Assembly: GCF_001194135.2 (NCBI RefSeq) | Contig: NC_068982.1 | Location: 102,936,662 to 102,975,831 of the forward strand | From: Octopus bimaculoides | Lineage: Eukaryota | Reading direction: 5' to 3' | DNA length: 39,170 nucleotides | Part shown: positions 23,001 through 35,000 of the stretch, piece after piece | How positions within the stretch are numbered: the stretch's first letter is position 1 | Layout of the letters: every line of letters starts with the position of its first letter | Made by a program: the position numbers and the translations under genes | The notes under the pieces: model-generated | Seen by the model: the letters and a program-made list of their open reading frames with translations, nothing else | The model's database searches: none | What the model was told of the DNA's origin: nothing

Positions 23001-26000
23001 AGGATTGACTACAATCTACTCTCCTCTAAGTACTCCTGGCATTCAAATGGTTGCTTAGGAAACAGATAGAAACATTGGAATATACACAAGTTAAAATAAA
23101 AGCAGAAAATAAACCAGAAGCTGCTTTTATAAATACCTGTTCTTTGACAGTAGGAGTGCCAAAATGTACAGTTCTGGTTACATCAGTTGTACCACATCTA
23201 CAAAACAAAGAAAAATGTCAGGTATCAAGTTTGAATTCTCTTGTATTATGGCCTAGTCAATTGTAGATTTCTGAGGAAACTAGATGGATATTAATGACTT
23301 ATAACTTTGGTACTAGGTTACATATTTTTCTGGAAAGATACAAACTAATTAATCCAGTCCAGTGCTCTAGGAAAGTGAAAGCAAAGTTGACTCTGGAAGG
23401 ATTTGAACTCAATGTTGGTCGATAATAAAAACCCACTAGATTTTTTTTTTTGGCACTCCTATTTGTTATCTTGAATTCTACCAAAAAACTTTACACAAAA
23501 CAGCAATAAGTTGATTCATTATTCTTAGTCATCATTATACATTGTAACAACTACTCTTTTTGACTGTAAAGCACATGTGTAGCCTCTTCAGACTAAAACT
23601 AAACTAAAATGCAGAAAAGCAATGATTTTATACGAACCTATATTGGGAACCAGAATCACAAAGAAAGATTTCATGGTCTGTGATAATTTTATCAGTATTA
23701 GGAGATGCCCTAAAAATGGAGGCAAATGAAAGAAAAATGAAAGCAGTTAAAAAGTCAATTGAAAAATAATGATTTTGTGTTAGAATTTTAAATAAGATCT
23801 CAGAAATCAAATCAACAAGTTAATCCTTTCACAGATTTCGGTATTCAATTCCTCATTTCAATAGTTTGATGCAAATGAAAGAAATATCCCTGTGGCTAAG
23901 ATAGTCATCTATTACAAGTAATTTTCATAAAAATGGAGAGGAATAGAATTCAATACTGCAATCTAACAAGTTAACATTCCACAAAGCTTCCTAGTAAGGG
24001 TAATTTCAGATATTATATACAAGTATATATGAAGGACCCCCAACTGAATAACCTAAATATTCTTTCTTACAATAAAAAAAAATATTAAAGAGCTCACTGT
24101 TATTAAATGCCAAGACTTTAGAATTCTACTCCAATACACACCAATTCACAAGCAAAACTGATGCATTTACTCAGTTCACTAAACTAGTTGTACTCTATAA
24201 ATAGTAACATTGTACTGCCCAAAGCAGTAGAATGCCAGACAAAATGCTTTAAAGTTTGATGCCCCAGGTCTTGGTTTAGATTAAAGCAAAACTGTTTAAG
24301 TCAAGACCATCTAACAGTAATCCGGAACCTTAATTTCACAGCCACTTAGGAAGTTATGACATACTTTTCTATCTTCTTTCACTCACAAAATAAAAGGCAT
24401 TTTGCTAAATTGGAAGAAAAGAAAATCAATATCACTGCTGGATTTATAATATATAAATACAACTCTACAGGTTATAGTTAGATATTCAAGTCTTTAAAAA
24501 CATAACATCTGAAGAATTTTTTTAAATTGTAAACAAGATTATAAAAGTATTACCTGTAATGGATTATGGCAGCATTAGACCCAACTGCAGAAATTGTAGA
24601 AAAACTGGGGCTAATAAAGTCATCAACATTCCTACCAAAGAAAATACAGTTAAGTGATAAAAAGCTATTCATTTTATGTATACACCATATACAGAAGTAT
24701 ACAACAGTTACTAGTGAAAACAGAAAAAATGGCATCTAAAACATGCATATGCAAAAACAGGGAATAAAAAAATATCTAATTTAAATTGTGAATAATTCAA
24801 TCTAAAAGCTCAAATTCTCTTTGAAACATGAGTAATGGTCATCACAGGCAGAGAAGCATTTTAATTGGCAGCAATCATGATATTCAGGAAGAAAATAATA
24901 CATTCAGTTAATCTACCCAATATTCTATCTTCCTTGATTTTGAAGTTCCTGTCTGTCATTTCAATAAAAAACCATTAGTCAACGTGAGACTACAGTAGAA
25001 AACAGTGCTGAACAATGGAATTGAACCCACAAAGCACAGTTGTAAAGCAACATGGCCATATCTGTAGCTACTCGGAGAAATAAACCACACTGGAAAAGAA
25101 GGCTTTGGTTCACCCAGATCTATAGTAAAAGACACTTAGCCAAAGTTACAAATATTGGATTGAATCCAAAACCATGTGGTTAGGAAGCAAACTACACAGC
25201 TATCCCAACATCTCTCGCTCTCTGTATGTATAATCTATCATTGCACCACCTAGGAAAATTGCTTTTAAGAACAAACATGAAATATAAAATAGTGTTGGAC
25301 AATCCATTGCTAACCAAAATCTGTATTACCTTTTGATTTCTTCAAGTTTCCTTGCTGCTTCCATTTCTGTTATATGCTTCTTTGGTACCTACAATGTACC
25401 CACAGAATACTTAGAATAATATTATTTATGAATTAGTGTGGAGGTTATAATGGCTAAATTAGAGACCTATCTCTCCTCGATTATGCAACACTGCACTTCT
25501 GTTACAGTTATGCAATGGTTATGTACTTTTCAAATTAGATAAAATAATATCAAAGATAATTCTTATATTTTTATACTAGCAAAAATATTAAGAATTCTGC
25601 AGAAATTTACTGATGGTTCAGTGGTTAGAGCATTGGGCTCACAACCATGAGGTCGTTGAGTTTGATTCTCAAACCGGGCTGTGTGTTGTGCTCTTGAGCA
25701 AGACACTTTATTTCATGTTGCTCCAGTTAACTCAGCTTTAGAAATGAGTTGCGACGTCACAAGTGCCAAGCTGTATTGGCCTTTGCCTTTCCCTCCATTA
25801 ACATTCTTTTCTATGCTAGGCACAAGGTCCGAAATTTTGGAGGAGAGGGCCAGTCGATTAGATCAACCCAGTATGCAACTGGTACTTAATTTATCAACCC
25901 CGAAAGGATGAAAGACAAAGTCAACTTCAGAACGTAAAGACAGATGAAACACCGCTAAGCATTTCACCTGGCGCACTAATGTTTCTGCCAACTCACTACG

Positions 26001-29000
26001 CCTTGGTGGCATGGAGAGGAGAGGCTGGGTATGTATGGGCAACTGCTGGTCTTCCATAAACAACCTTGCCTAGACTTATGCCTCAGAGGGGAACTTTCTA
26101 TGAGCAATACCATGGTCATTCACGACTGAAGGGGGTCTTTACCCTTTATAATTTTGTATATATGTTGAATAAATAAAAAAATGACTAGCACAATCTTTAA
26201 TAATTTGTAATGGTGTATCTATTTTCTAACATGAATAACTTTTCTCAAGACAATATCCCCTTCCAAGTCATTTTGCCAGCCAACAAGACAGCTTGTTTGG
26301 ACCACTAATCCATACAAAAGCAAATGTCACGTGAAATCAGAACTGACAGTACATAATTAATTAATTAAACAAATTAAAAGGTGATAATCTTTTCTGCTAT
26401 AGGCACAAGGCCTGAAATTTTGGAGAGGGAGTCGATTACACTGACTCCATTGCTCAATTGGTACTTATTTTATCAGTCCCCACAAAAGGATGAAAGGCAA
26501 AGTCAGTCTCGGTGGAATTTGAACTCAGAATGTTAATATACAAAATGCTGAACATTTTGTCCAGCACACTAACAGCTCAGCCAACTAACCATCTTATTAA
26601 GGATAATAATGGTAGGATAAGTAATGAATTGGTAGAGTTCATTAGAGTATTGGCTAGAAGACTTGCAGTATTTATTCTGATTGTCTGTACCCTGAGTTTA
26701 TATGCCAAAATCAACTTATCTTTTCAAGGTTGATAAAAAGAAAAAATTAAGTGCTTATTTGAGGTGGTGGATTGACAGAAGTAAGAAAACTACACTGGAT
26801 ATCTCATGGTATTTGCTCCAGCTCTTTGCATTCTGAGTTCAAAATTCCACCATGGTATCCAAGGTGTTAGATGTTGGTGGTAAACTGGGCAACTTAATCC
26901 CAGTTTAACACCACTACCCAGTATCTTGGGTGCCTTTAGCAGACCCTATTGTTGCAAGCATTTGGAACAGGCTCAAGTTTGAGAAAACTTCTTCCCACCC
27001 AACAATTCTAGAAGCTCTATAAAGAATCACAGGACTGTTTTCCCTCGTAACTGAAAAAAAAAAAAGGAGTGGGTAGAATAAATAGTCCTTCAAAATGAGA
27101 GTAACATACAAAGGCATACACTACAATCTGAAAAAGCATAGACACCATATTGTTAGCAAACAAATATTTGGATGAAATCTCTGAAACCCAACAATACAGA
27201 ACAACTTGTTGCCAACAATATTGAACCAATTCATTAAGCTTCAATTTTAAAACTGAGTAAGCTTTATTTTAAGAACAAAACTGTTTTTTAAATCATAAAG
27301 ACAAGAATACATAAAATTAACTTGCCTCTTTTTCCAACCAAGCATAAAATTCAGATAAACATACTCCATCTTTAATCTAAATAGAAAAAAAATGTTAGAA
27401 AGAGAAAAACCTTTCAACATAAAATAATTTGAAATTTTTTATTTTTTATTTTAATATAATCATTCTCAAAAATATGTTGCAACAAAATACAAATTCAGAA
27501 TTTAACTCCCAAATTACATATAGTGCACATTTTTTCTCCTAAACCTCAAATTTAGTCTTGTTTTTCCTGGATTATGAATTTGAAATTTGGTTGCATGCAC
27601 TTTTATAATGGTAACCCTTGAATCATAATTTGAACTAAAATTATCATTCAATTATCATTTAACGTCCATTTTCCATGCTGGCATGGGTGGGACAGTTTGA
27701 CCAGACTGGCAAGCAGGAGAGCTGCACCAGGTTCCAGTCTGGTTTGACTTGCTTTCTATGGCTGAATGCCCTTCCTAATGCCAACCATTTTAAAGAGTGT
27801 GCTGAGTGCTTCTTATGTGGTACCTGCACAGGTACTTTTTACACAGTGCTAGCATGAATACTATTATGTGGCACCAGTATGGGTGCTTTTATGTGTCACC
27901 AGCACAGGACTCTTGCAGGCCAATCTTTTTCCTAAAGTAAAGCTAAATTTAGTAGTCTAAGCCATTCTATAGGAACGTTATAAGATCATAACTAAAACCT
28001 ACATTCACATAACATTTTGACAATCTAACATCATTTACCTTTTACTATGCACATAGATCTAAATCTAAAACAAAAAAAAAAAAACAAAGGTCAGAAAATA
28101 TAAAACAAAATACAAGGAGATAAGAATAGCCAACTATTCAAGATTCTGAAGTATATTCTTTTCTACTCTAGGCACAAGGCCCGAAATTCTGAGGGAGGGG
28201 GGCCAGTCAATTAGATCACCCCTAGTATGCAACTGGTACTTAATTTATCAACCCTGAAAGGATGAAAGGCCAAGTCGACCTTGGGGGAATTTGAACTCGG
28301 AACATAAAGACAGACAAAATACCGCTAAGCATTTTGCCTGGCATGCTAATGTTAATGTTTCTACCAGCTCGCCGTCTTCATGATTCTGAAGTCTATTAAC
28401 ATAGCTAAGATGATTAAATAATCAGAATCTGACTGCAATGTCAATCTCTGAAACAATGGCTTGAACAATGAAAGAATGCAAAATTTTGAATGAAAGAATA
28501 AGTACCTTGCATAAAAATATTTTTTTTAAATAGTACTTACATGTGCTTTGCGCATTCCAGCAATTTCTGCTGAATTTTTAATAGCCTTTTTTAAAGAAAT
28601 TGGAGTTATGCTAGATATCACATTTTCCTGAAATAATCAAAATAAAGTAAGTTTTACCTCCTTATTTAACATACAACAAACTGAACAACCACATTAATTT
28701 CACAAATATATATTAACAACCCTAGTTAAGGAGAACCTAACAACTATTAGCAAACATTTAGGAACAGATAAATGCAGGAGTCAGAAAGAGTGTAGAAAAG
28801 TAACACCTAAGACATAACTGAATGAAATTAACGATTTCTTAGAATAACCTACTCCTTCACACAATACATATAATATACACATGGAGTACTTCGGAGTTTT
28901 CTATCTTGGTAAATATTTCTAGATTATAGTAACAGATAAATATCATCAACATTTAATGTTCATTTTCCATGCTAGCATGGGCTGGACAGCTTGACAGGAA

Positions 29001-32000
29001 CTGGCAAAGCCAGGGGCTGCTCCAGGTTACTTAATCTGTTTTGGCTTGGTTTCTACAGCTAGATGTCCTTCCTAATATCAACCACTTTGCAGAGTGGGTG
29101 CTTTTTACATAGCACCATCACCAGTGCTTTTTATGTGGCACCAGCACCCACATCAATGCTTGTTATATGACATCTTGGTTTTAAGATCACAATTCTGTTG
29201 TGGTGGGCAGGTCTTCTTGAGTACAGCAATATATTACATATCTTGGTCCTCTGTCATCTCTTTCGTAAGGCTCAGCGTTTTGAAATCAGCCTTCAATATT
29301 TCATCCTGGGTCTCCCTCTTCCACAACTTCCCTCCACTGCTCTTTGATATTGTATATTCATATAAAAAGCCAAGCTGGTTATTAACAACTGGGCCAAAAT
29401 GAAACAAAGTCTAGCTTTACAAATTAAGTATTTAGTGGACAACACTATGTGGAAACCGAGAAACTGCTTCTGTTTATGAATGGTAGACTTGATCTAACAC
29501 CTTGTTTAACACTACCATATGGCTCTCTAACAGAGTGCATTCTGTTGCAGACATTCAGGTCCAAGCCTGAAGATAACTTCTTCCCACCAGTCTCAAAAAG
29601 GGGACAAATAATTTACAGGACATTTTAGAACTGAAAAACTAACTTCAGTGAGAATGAGTATCATAAAAATGGGAAAAAATAACCTCAATAATAAATGACA
29701 ATGGGCACCAAAAAGGGATACTGTAAAGCTAGAATAGAGGAAGCAACAGTATTAGTACCAATAGGAAAAAAGGCAATCATAACTAATGTCTGATTTTATG
29801 TCCACTATATCATGTTGGCATAGGTTAAGACTTTTTAAGGCATGTTCCCACAGGAATAGGCTGTACCTATTTTAACATACATATTAGATGTAGTTACAAC
29901 TAATCTAAATGAAACATGTGACATGTTATATATAACAGATTTAAAAATAGATTTTTAAATAGATTAAAAAATTAGTTTAACATGGTTAAAATGAAAGCAG
30001 ATCAAATATAATTGAAGAACTTACTTTTTTATATAAAGACACAAGGTTATAAGGACTGTAAGAACTGATCTGGTGATGAGAAAAAAAAATGTTAACTTTA
30101 AATATTTGGAATAAAAAAGAAAACTTCAATGTAAAAGAATTCAAATAAAAGTATATTTTGAACAGAAATACAATGTAAATAATTTGACAGCCCTGACATT
30201 GATTTCTCCAGTCTATCAGCATATAAACATGATATCAATTTCTGTAAACATAAAAAAGGTGGCAAGCTGGCATCACACCTTCTCCAAGGACTAAAAAGTT
30301 CAAGAGCCAGCAACTGGCAGACACACAGTCATGATGATTGGGATGGGTGGGGGCAGTGACAAGAGCATTGTTCTCCTTGATCTTCTGGAATATGGCTATA
30401 CAGTGAACAGCAAGCAGTACATTGAGATACTCAGAAAGCCTAGAAAAGCCATTAGAAAGAAGAGACTATAAACGATCCACATTCACTATGACAATATGTA
30501 ACCACACACATCTATGACACCAAATTAAGCAATCAGTAAATTGTCGATACTGTAGATAGTATAGAATATGCATTATGATGGCTCCGTGTGGTTCAAATTA
30601 TATCTTAAATACAGAAATGGTAGAGTGTCAGTCTAAATAATTTAATAATTGGTCACATTCCTTTATTTCAAGAACAAACTCTGCAAGGCTTGACAAACCA
30701 TTTATTCTTGGTGAGAAGGTGGCCTAAATAAAACAACAGCTTCTTGCTGGAGTCAGTTTAACTATATTCCTTCCAACAAAATTGTTAACTCGCATGAATA
30801 TAGCAAATCATTAAAACATTAACACATATAAAGCAGTAATGCTAAGATAATATTTCTCATTCAAATCTCATGAAATGATACATAACTACACGAGTTTTTC
30901 AGAGATGATCATCATCATCATCATTTAATGTCCGTTGTCCATGCTGGCATGGGTTGGACAGTTTGACTGGGCTGGCATGCTGGAAGGCTGCACCAGACTC
31001 CAGTCTGATTTGGCATGGTTTTCTATGGCCGGATGCCCTTCCTAATGCCAACCACTCCAAGAGTGCAATGGGTGCTTTCACATGCCACTGGCATGGGTGC
31101 TATTTGCATGATACCGAGATGCTTTTACATGCCACCAGCACAGGTGCCAATTTGCGTGACACCACTATCTGCCACAACTGCGATTTTGCTCAGCTTGATG
31201 GGTCCCCTCAAGCACGACATTATGCCAAAGGTCTTGGTCATTGCCTCTGTATGGCCCAACACTCGAAAGGTGTTCTTTACATGCTGCTAGCACAGGTGCA
31301 CTTGGCCTGATGGGTCCTCTCAAGCACAGCACATCACCAAAGGTCTCAGTCACTAGTCATTGCTTCTGTGAGATTCAGAGTTTGAAGATCATGCTTCACC
31401 ACCTCATTCCATGTCTTCCTGGGTCTACCTCTACCACAGGTTCCCTCCACAGAGATCAGCACTTCTTTACAAAACTGTCCTTGTCCGTACATATCACATG
31501 ACTTTTCTCTCAACATGCATATTGACATTGCACATCCAGTGAAGCATACTGGCTTCATTTCTTTCAAGCATATGCATGTCCTCAGCTCCCATGTTTCACT
31601 GCCATGCAGCATAGCTGTTTGCACACAGGCATCAAACAATCTGTCTTTCACTGAGACAAAGGCCCTTTGTTGCCAGCAGGGGTAACTCTCTGAACTTTGC
31701 CCATCCTAATCTTTTTCTCACAGCTGCGCACTCAGAGCATCCACCTCCACTACTAACTTGGTAACGGAAGGTATCTACTACCTCTAGCTTGATCCCCTGG
31801 CAGTTGATGGAGTCTATTTTCTGCCCATTTTCAGTGTTTATTGTACTGGTGCATCTTCTGCATACACAAGCTAGTTTCCCTGTTAACCTTCCCTTGATAT
31901 TGCTGCACTTTTTATGTGTCCAAAGCTTACACTGGGTGTGTCTTATGAAGTTTCTACCTACACCTTTTCTACAGATTGAGCAGGGCCATCTACCTGAAGG

Positions 32001-35000
32001 GATCTGTGATCTGTTTGCCTTCCTACTTACTAAGACTTTGGTTTTGCTAGGTTAACTCTAAAGCTCTTTGATTCTAGGCCTTGCTTCCATACCGGGAACT
32101 TCTCTAGTACAGGTAGTGATCCAGCTATAAGAGCAAGGTCGTCAGCATAGAGGAGCTCCCAGGGGCAGCCTGTCTTGAAAAATCATTATTAATATTTCAA
32201 TATTATATGTATACAAAAGGTGCATATTTAATATATTCAATATTTGTTTTTTAATTATACCATCTAAGAAAACTTACCCAAACTTTTCCAGTTACATCAG
32301 CATCACGAGGAAGATATTTAACAACATCTTCATAAGGATGAATTTTTACTGTGAAACCAGGTTTTTCACCTTTATAAGTTAAATGGTTTCTAATTTCTTG
32401 AGTTATTTTCTTTTCATCTATGAACAAACTAAAAAAATAAATAAAATTACATAAATTATATCCATAAATATAAATTTATATCTCTGATGAATAATTTAAA
32501 ATGTTAAATACATAACTTACTGCAATATCCTAAATTTGGATTTTTTTTTTTTTTCATTTTATACAGGCTCAAAACCTAAGATTTATTAAGATTATTATGG
32601 GGTGTTTATTTCGAGGAATCATTAGCGACATTAGTTTCGAGCTTATTGTAAATCAATACTATACCAACACATTACTATTGCTTTTAATGCACATGCTTCC
32701 TTGCTTATACATATATATGTAGGGAAGATCTGCAAGACAGCATTCTTCAATATATGATTTTGCATCATAGTGCAGATGAGTGTACTTGAGGAACACTGCC
32801 AAGGAATAGATTCATTCAGCAAACCTTAACCCCTTGCATCAATAATTTACATTGTACTAATTTTTTTTTATACAGATAGAGAAGAGGCCATATTTTTAAA
32901 AAGGAATGAAATATTTTGCAATGTTCCATAATTTTCATAAAGTATTAGCCATATAAAGTAATAAGAGTCAACTGGGAATTAAAATAACTAAATATAATGT
33001 TGTTTCACTAATATCAACATAAAAATATAAGTTGTTTAGAAGAAACTTACTGGATTTGCTCCATTTCTACAATGGCATAGGAAAAGAACAAAGGATTGTA
33101 TTTAATATCACTTCCTCTCATGTTGAACAGATCTAAGAAAAACAGGAAGAGAAAAATATTATTTTAATACTTATAAGATACAGAAATAAATTTATTTCTC
33201 AAACGCGTGATAATGCTATAAATAGCGTGATCAGGATGAATTATCTATACATTGCAGAAAAATACGTTGCCAGCCAGCCATGAGACTCAAACTCACACAT
33301 CTCTGTGATTACGCGTAAAGTGTTTTACCATTAAACTAAACTGCCCAGCAACGAATTCTTCTGCAATTTTAGAACTTATAAATTTAGCTTCATGAGACGC
33401 TAACATTAAATTCAACTTTATGATGAAAGTAAACAAACAAGGTTTGTTCTTTAGAAGCGTTGAGATGTAAGATACAGAAATAAATTTATTTCTCAAACGC
33501 TTGATAATGCTATAAATAGCGTGATCAGGATAAATTATCCATACGCGTTTGAGAAATAAATTTATTTCTGTATCTTACAATACATCTCAACGCTTCTAAA
33601 AAACAAACTTTGTTTGTTTATGTTTACTTTCATCGTAGAGTTGAATTTAATACTTATATTTGCAAGCTAGCACATGTTGATAGATATGAAAATTTTGAAT
33701 ATGAAAGAAAATGCGGAAAAGTTTAAGCTGTCAACTCCCATGTCAGCAAGAAGAAAACAGTGGATGACAAATTATTAAAAAAAAATGTATGTTGGAATTA
33801 TAAAGCATAACTTTGTAACAACATTCTCACCCACCAAAGAAATGTTACAAAATGTTTTTTATGAAGAAATAGTAGAATTATGCAATTTAGAAACAACAAT
33901 TCAAAAGGTTTCTGCAATCAAAGTTAGTGGAGGTTGAAAATCTACCCTAGGAAAGTTCCTCTCCGGGGTGCAAGTCTGGACAAGACTGAAGAAAAGTTGT
34001 TGCCCAGTATCATGCAAATGGCACCCATGCCAGTGGCATGTAAAAGCATTCATTGCACTCTTGGGAGCAGTTGGCATTAGGGAGGGCATCCAGTCATAGA
34101 AAACCATGCCAAATCAGACTGGAGTCTGGTGCAGCCTTCCAGCATGCTACTAATTTTGTCCAAGAAAAAGGAAAGGATCAATACAAACTGGAACCAGAGT
34201 CACCACAGGTAAACTCAGAACATAAAAAGTCAGCATTCTGTTTAACATTCTAATATTTCTACCATTCCACCACTGAACAAGTATTTTATTTAGTTGACTT
34301 CAACAAAATTTGAACACTGAATATAAAGACTATAACAAATATTACAAAATGAAACACTGACAAAATTTTCATCAGCAGCATCATCATCATCATCTGCTTA
34401 TGACTATCCTCTATTACACACAAAATGGTTACAGTGTTAGTCCAGTTCCTGATATTATTGAACTAAGTTTCTCTTTATCTACCTTTTTTTTTTTTGTTTT
34501 GTCTCCATAGGCGCAGGAGTGGCTGTGTGGTAAGTAGCTTCCTTACCAACCACATGGTTCCAGGTTCAGTCCCACTGTGCAGCACTTTGGGCAAGTGTCT
34601 TCTACTATAGCCTCGGGCCGACCAAAGCCTTGTGAGTGGATTTGGTAGACGGAAACTGAAAGAAGACCGTCGTATATATGTATATGTATATGTGTGTGTG
34701 TTTGTGTGTCTGTGTTTGTCCCCCCAACATCGCTTGACAACCGATGCTGGTGTGTTTACGTCCCGGTAACTTAGCGGTTCGGCAAAAGAGACCGATAGAA
34801 TAAGTACTAGGCTTACAAAGAATAAGTCCTGGGGTCGATTTGCTCGACTAAAGGTGGTGCTCCAGCATGGCCACAGTCAAATGACTGAAACAAGTAAAAG
34901 AGTAATTGTGTACTGGAGAATGATTTGGGACAGTTGTGATGGGATACATGTCCATACCAGATGAGTTTTCAATGTTTCATGTATCACATTAGGTGACATT

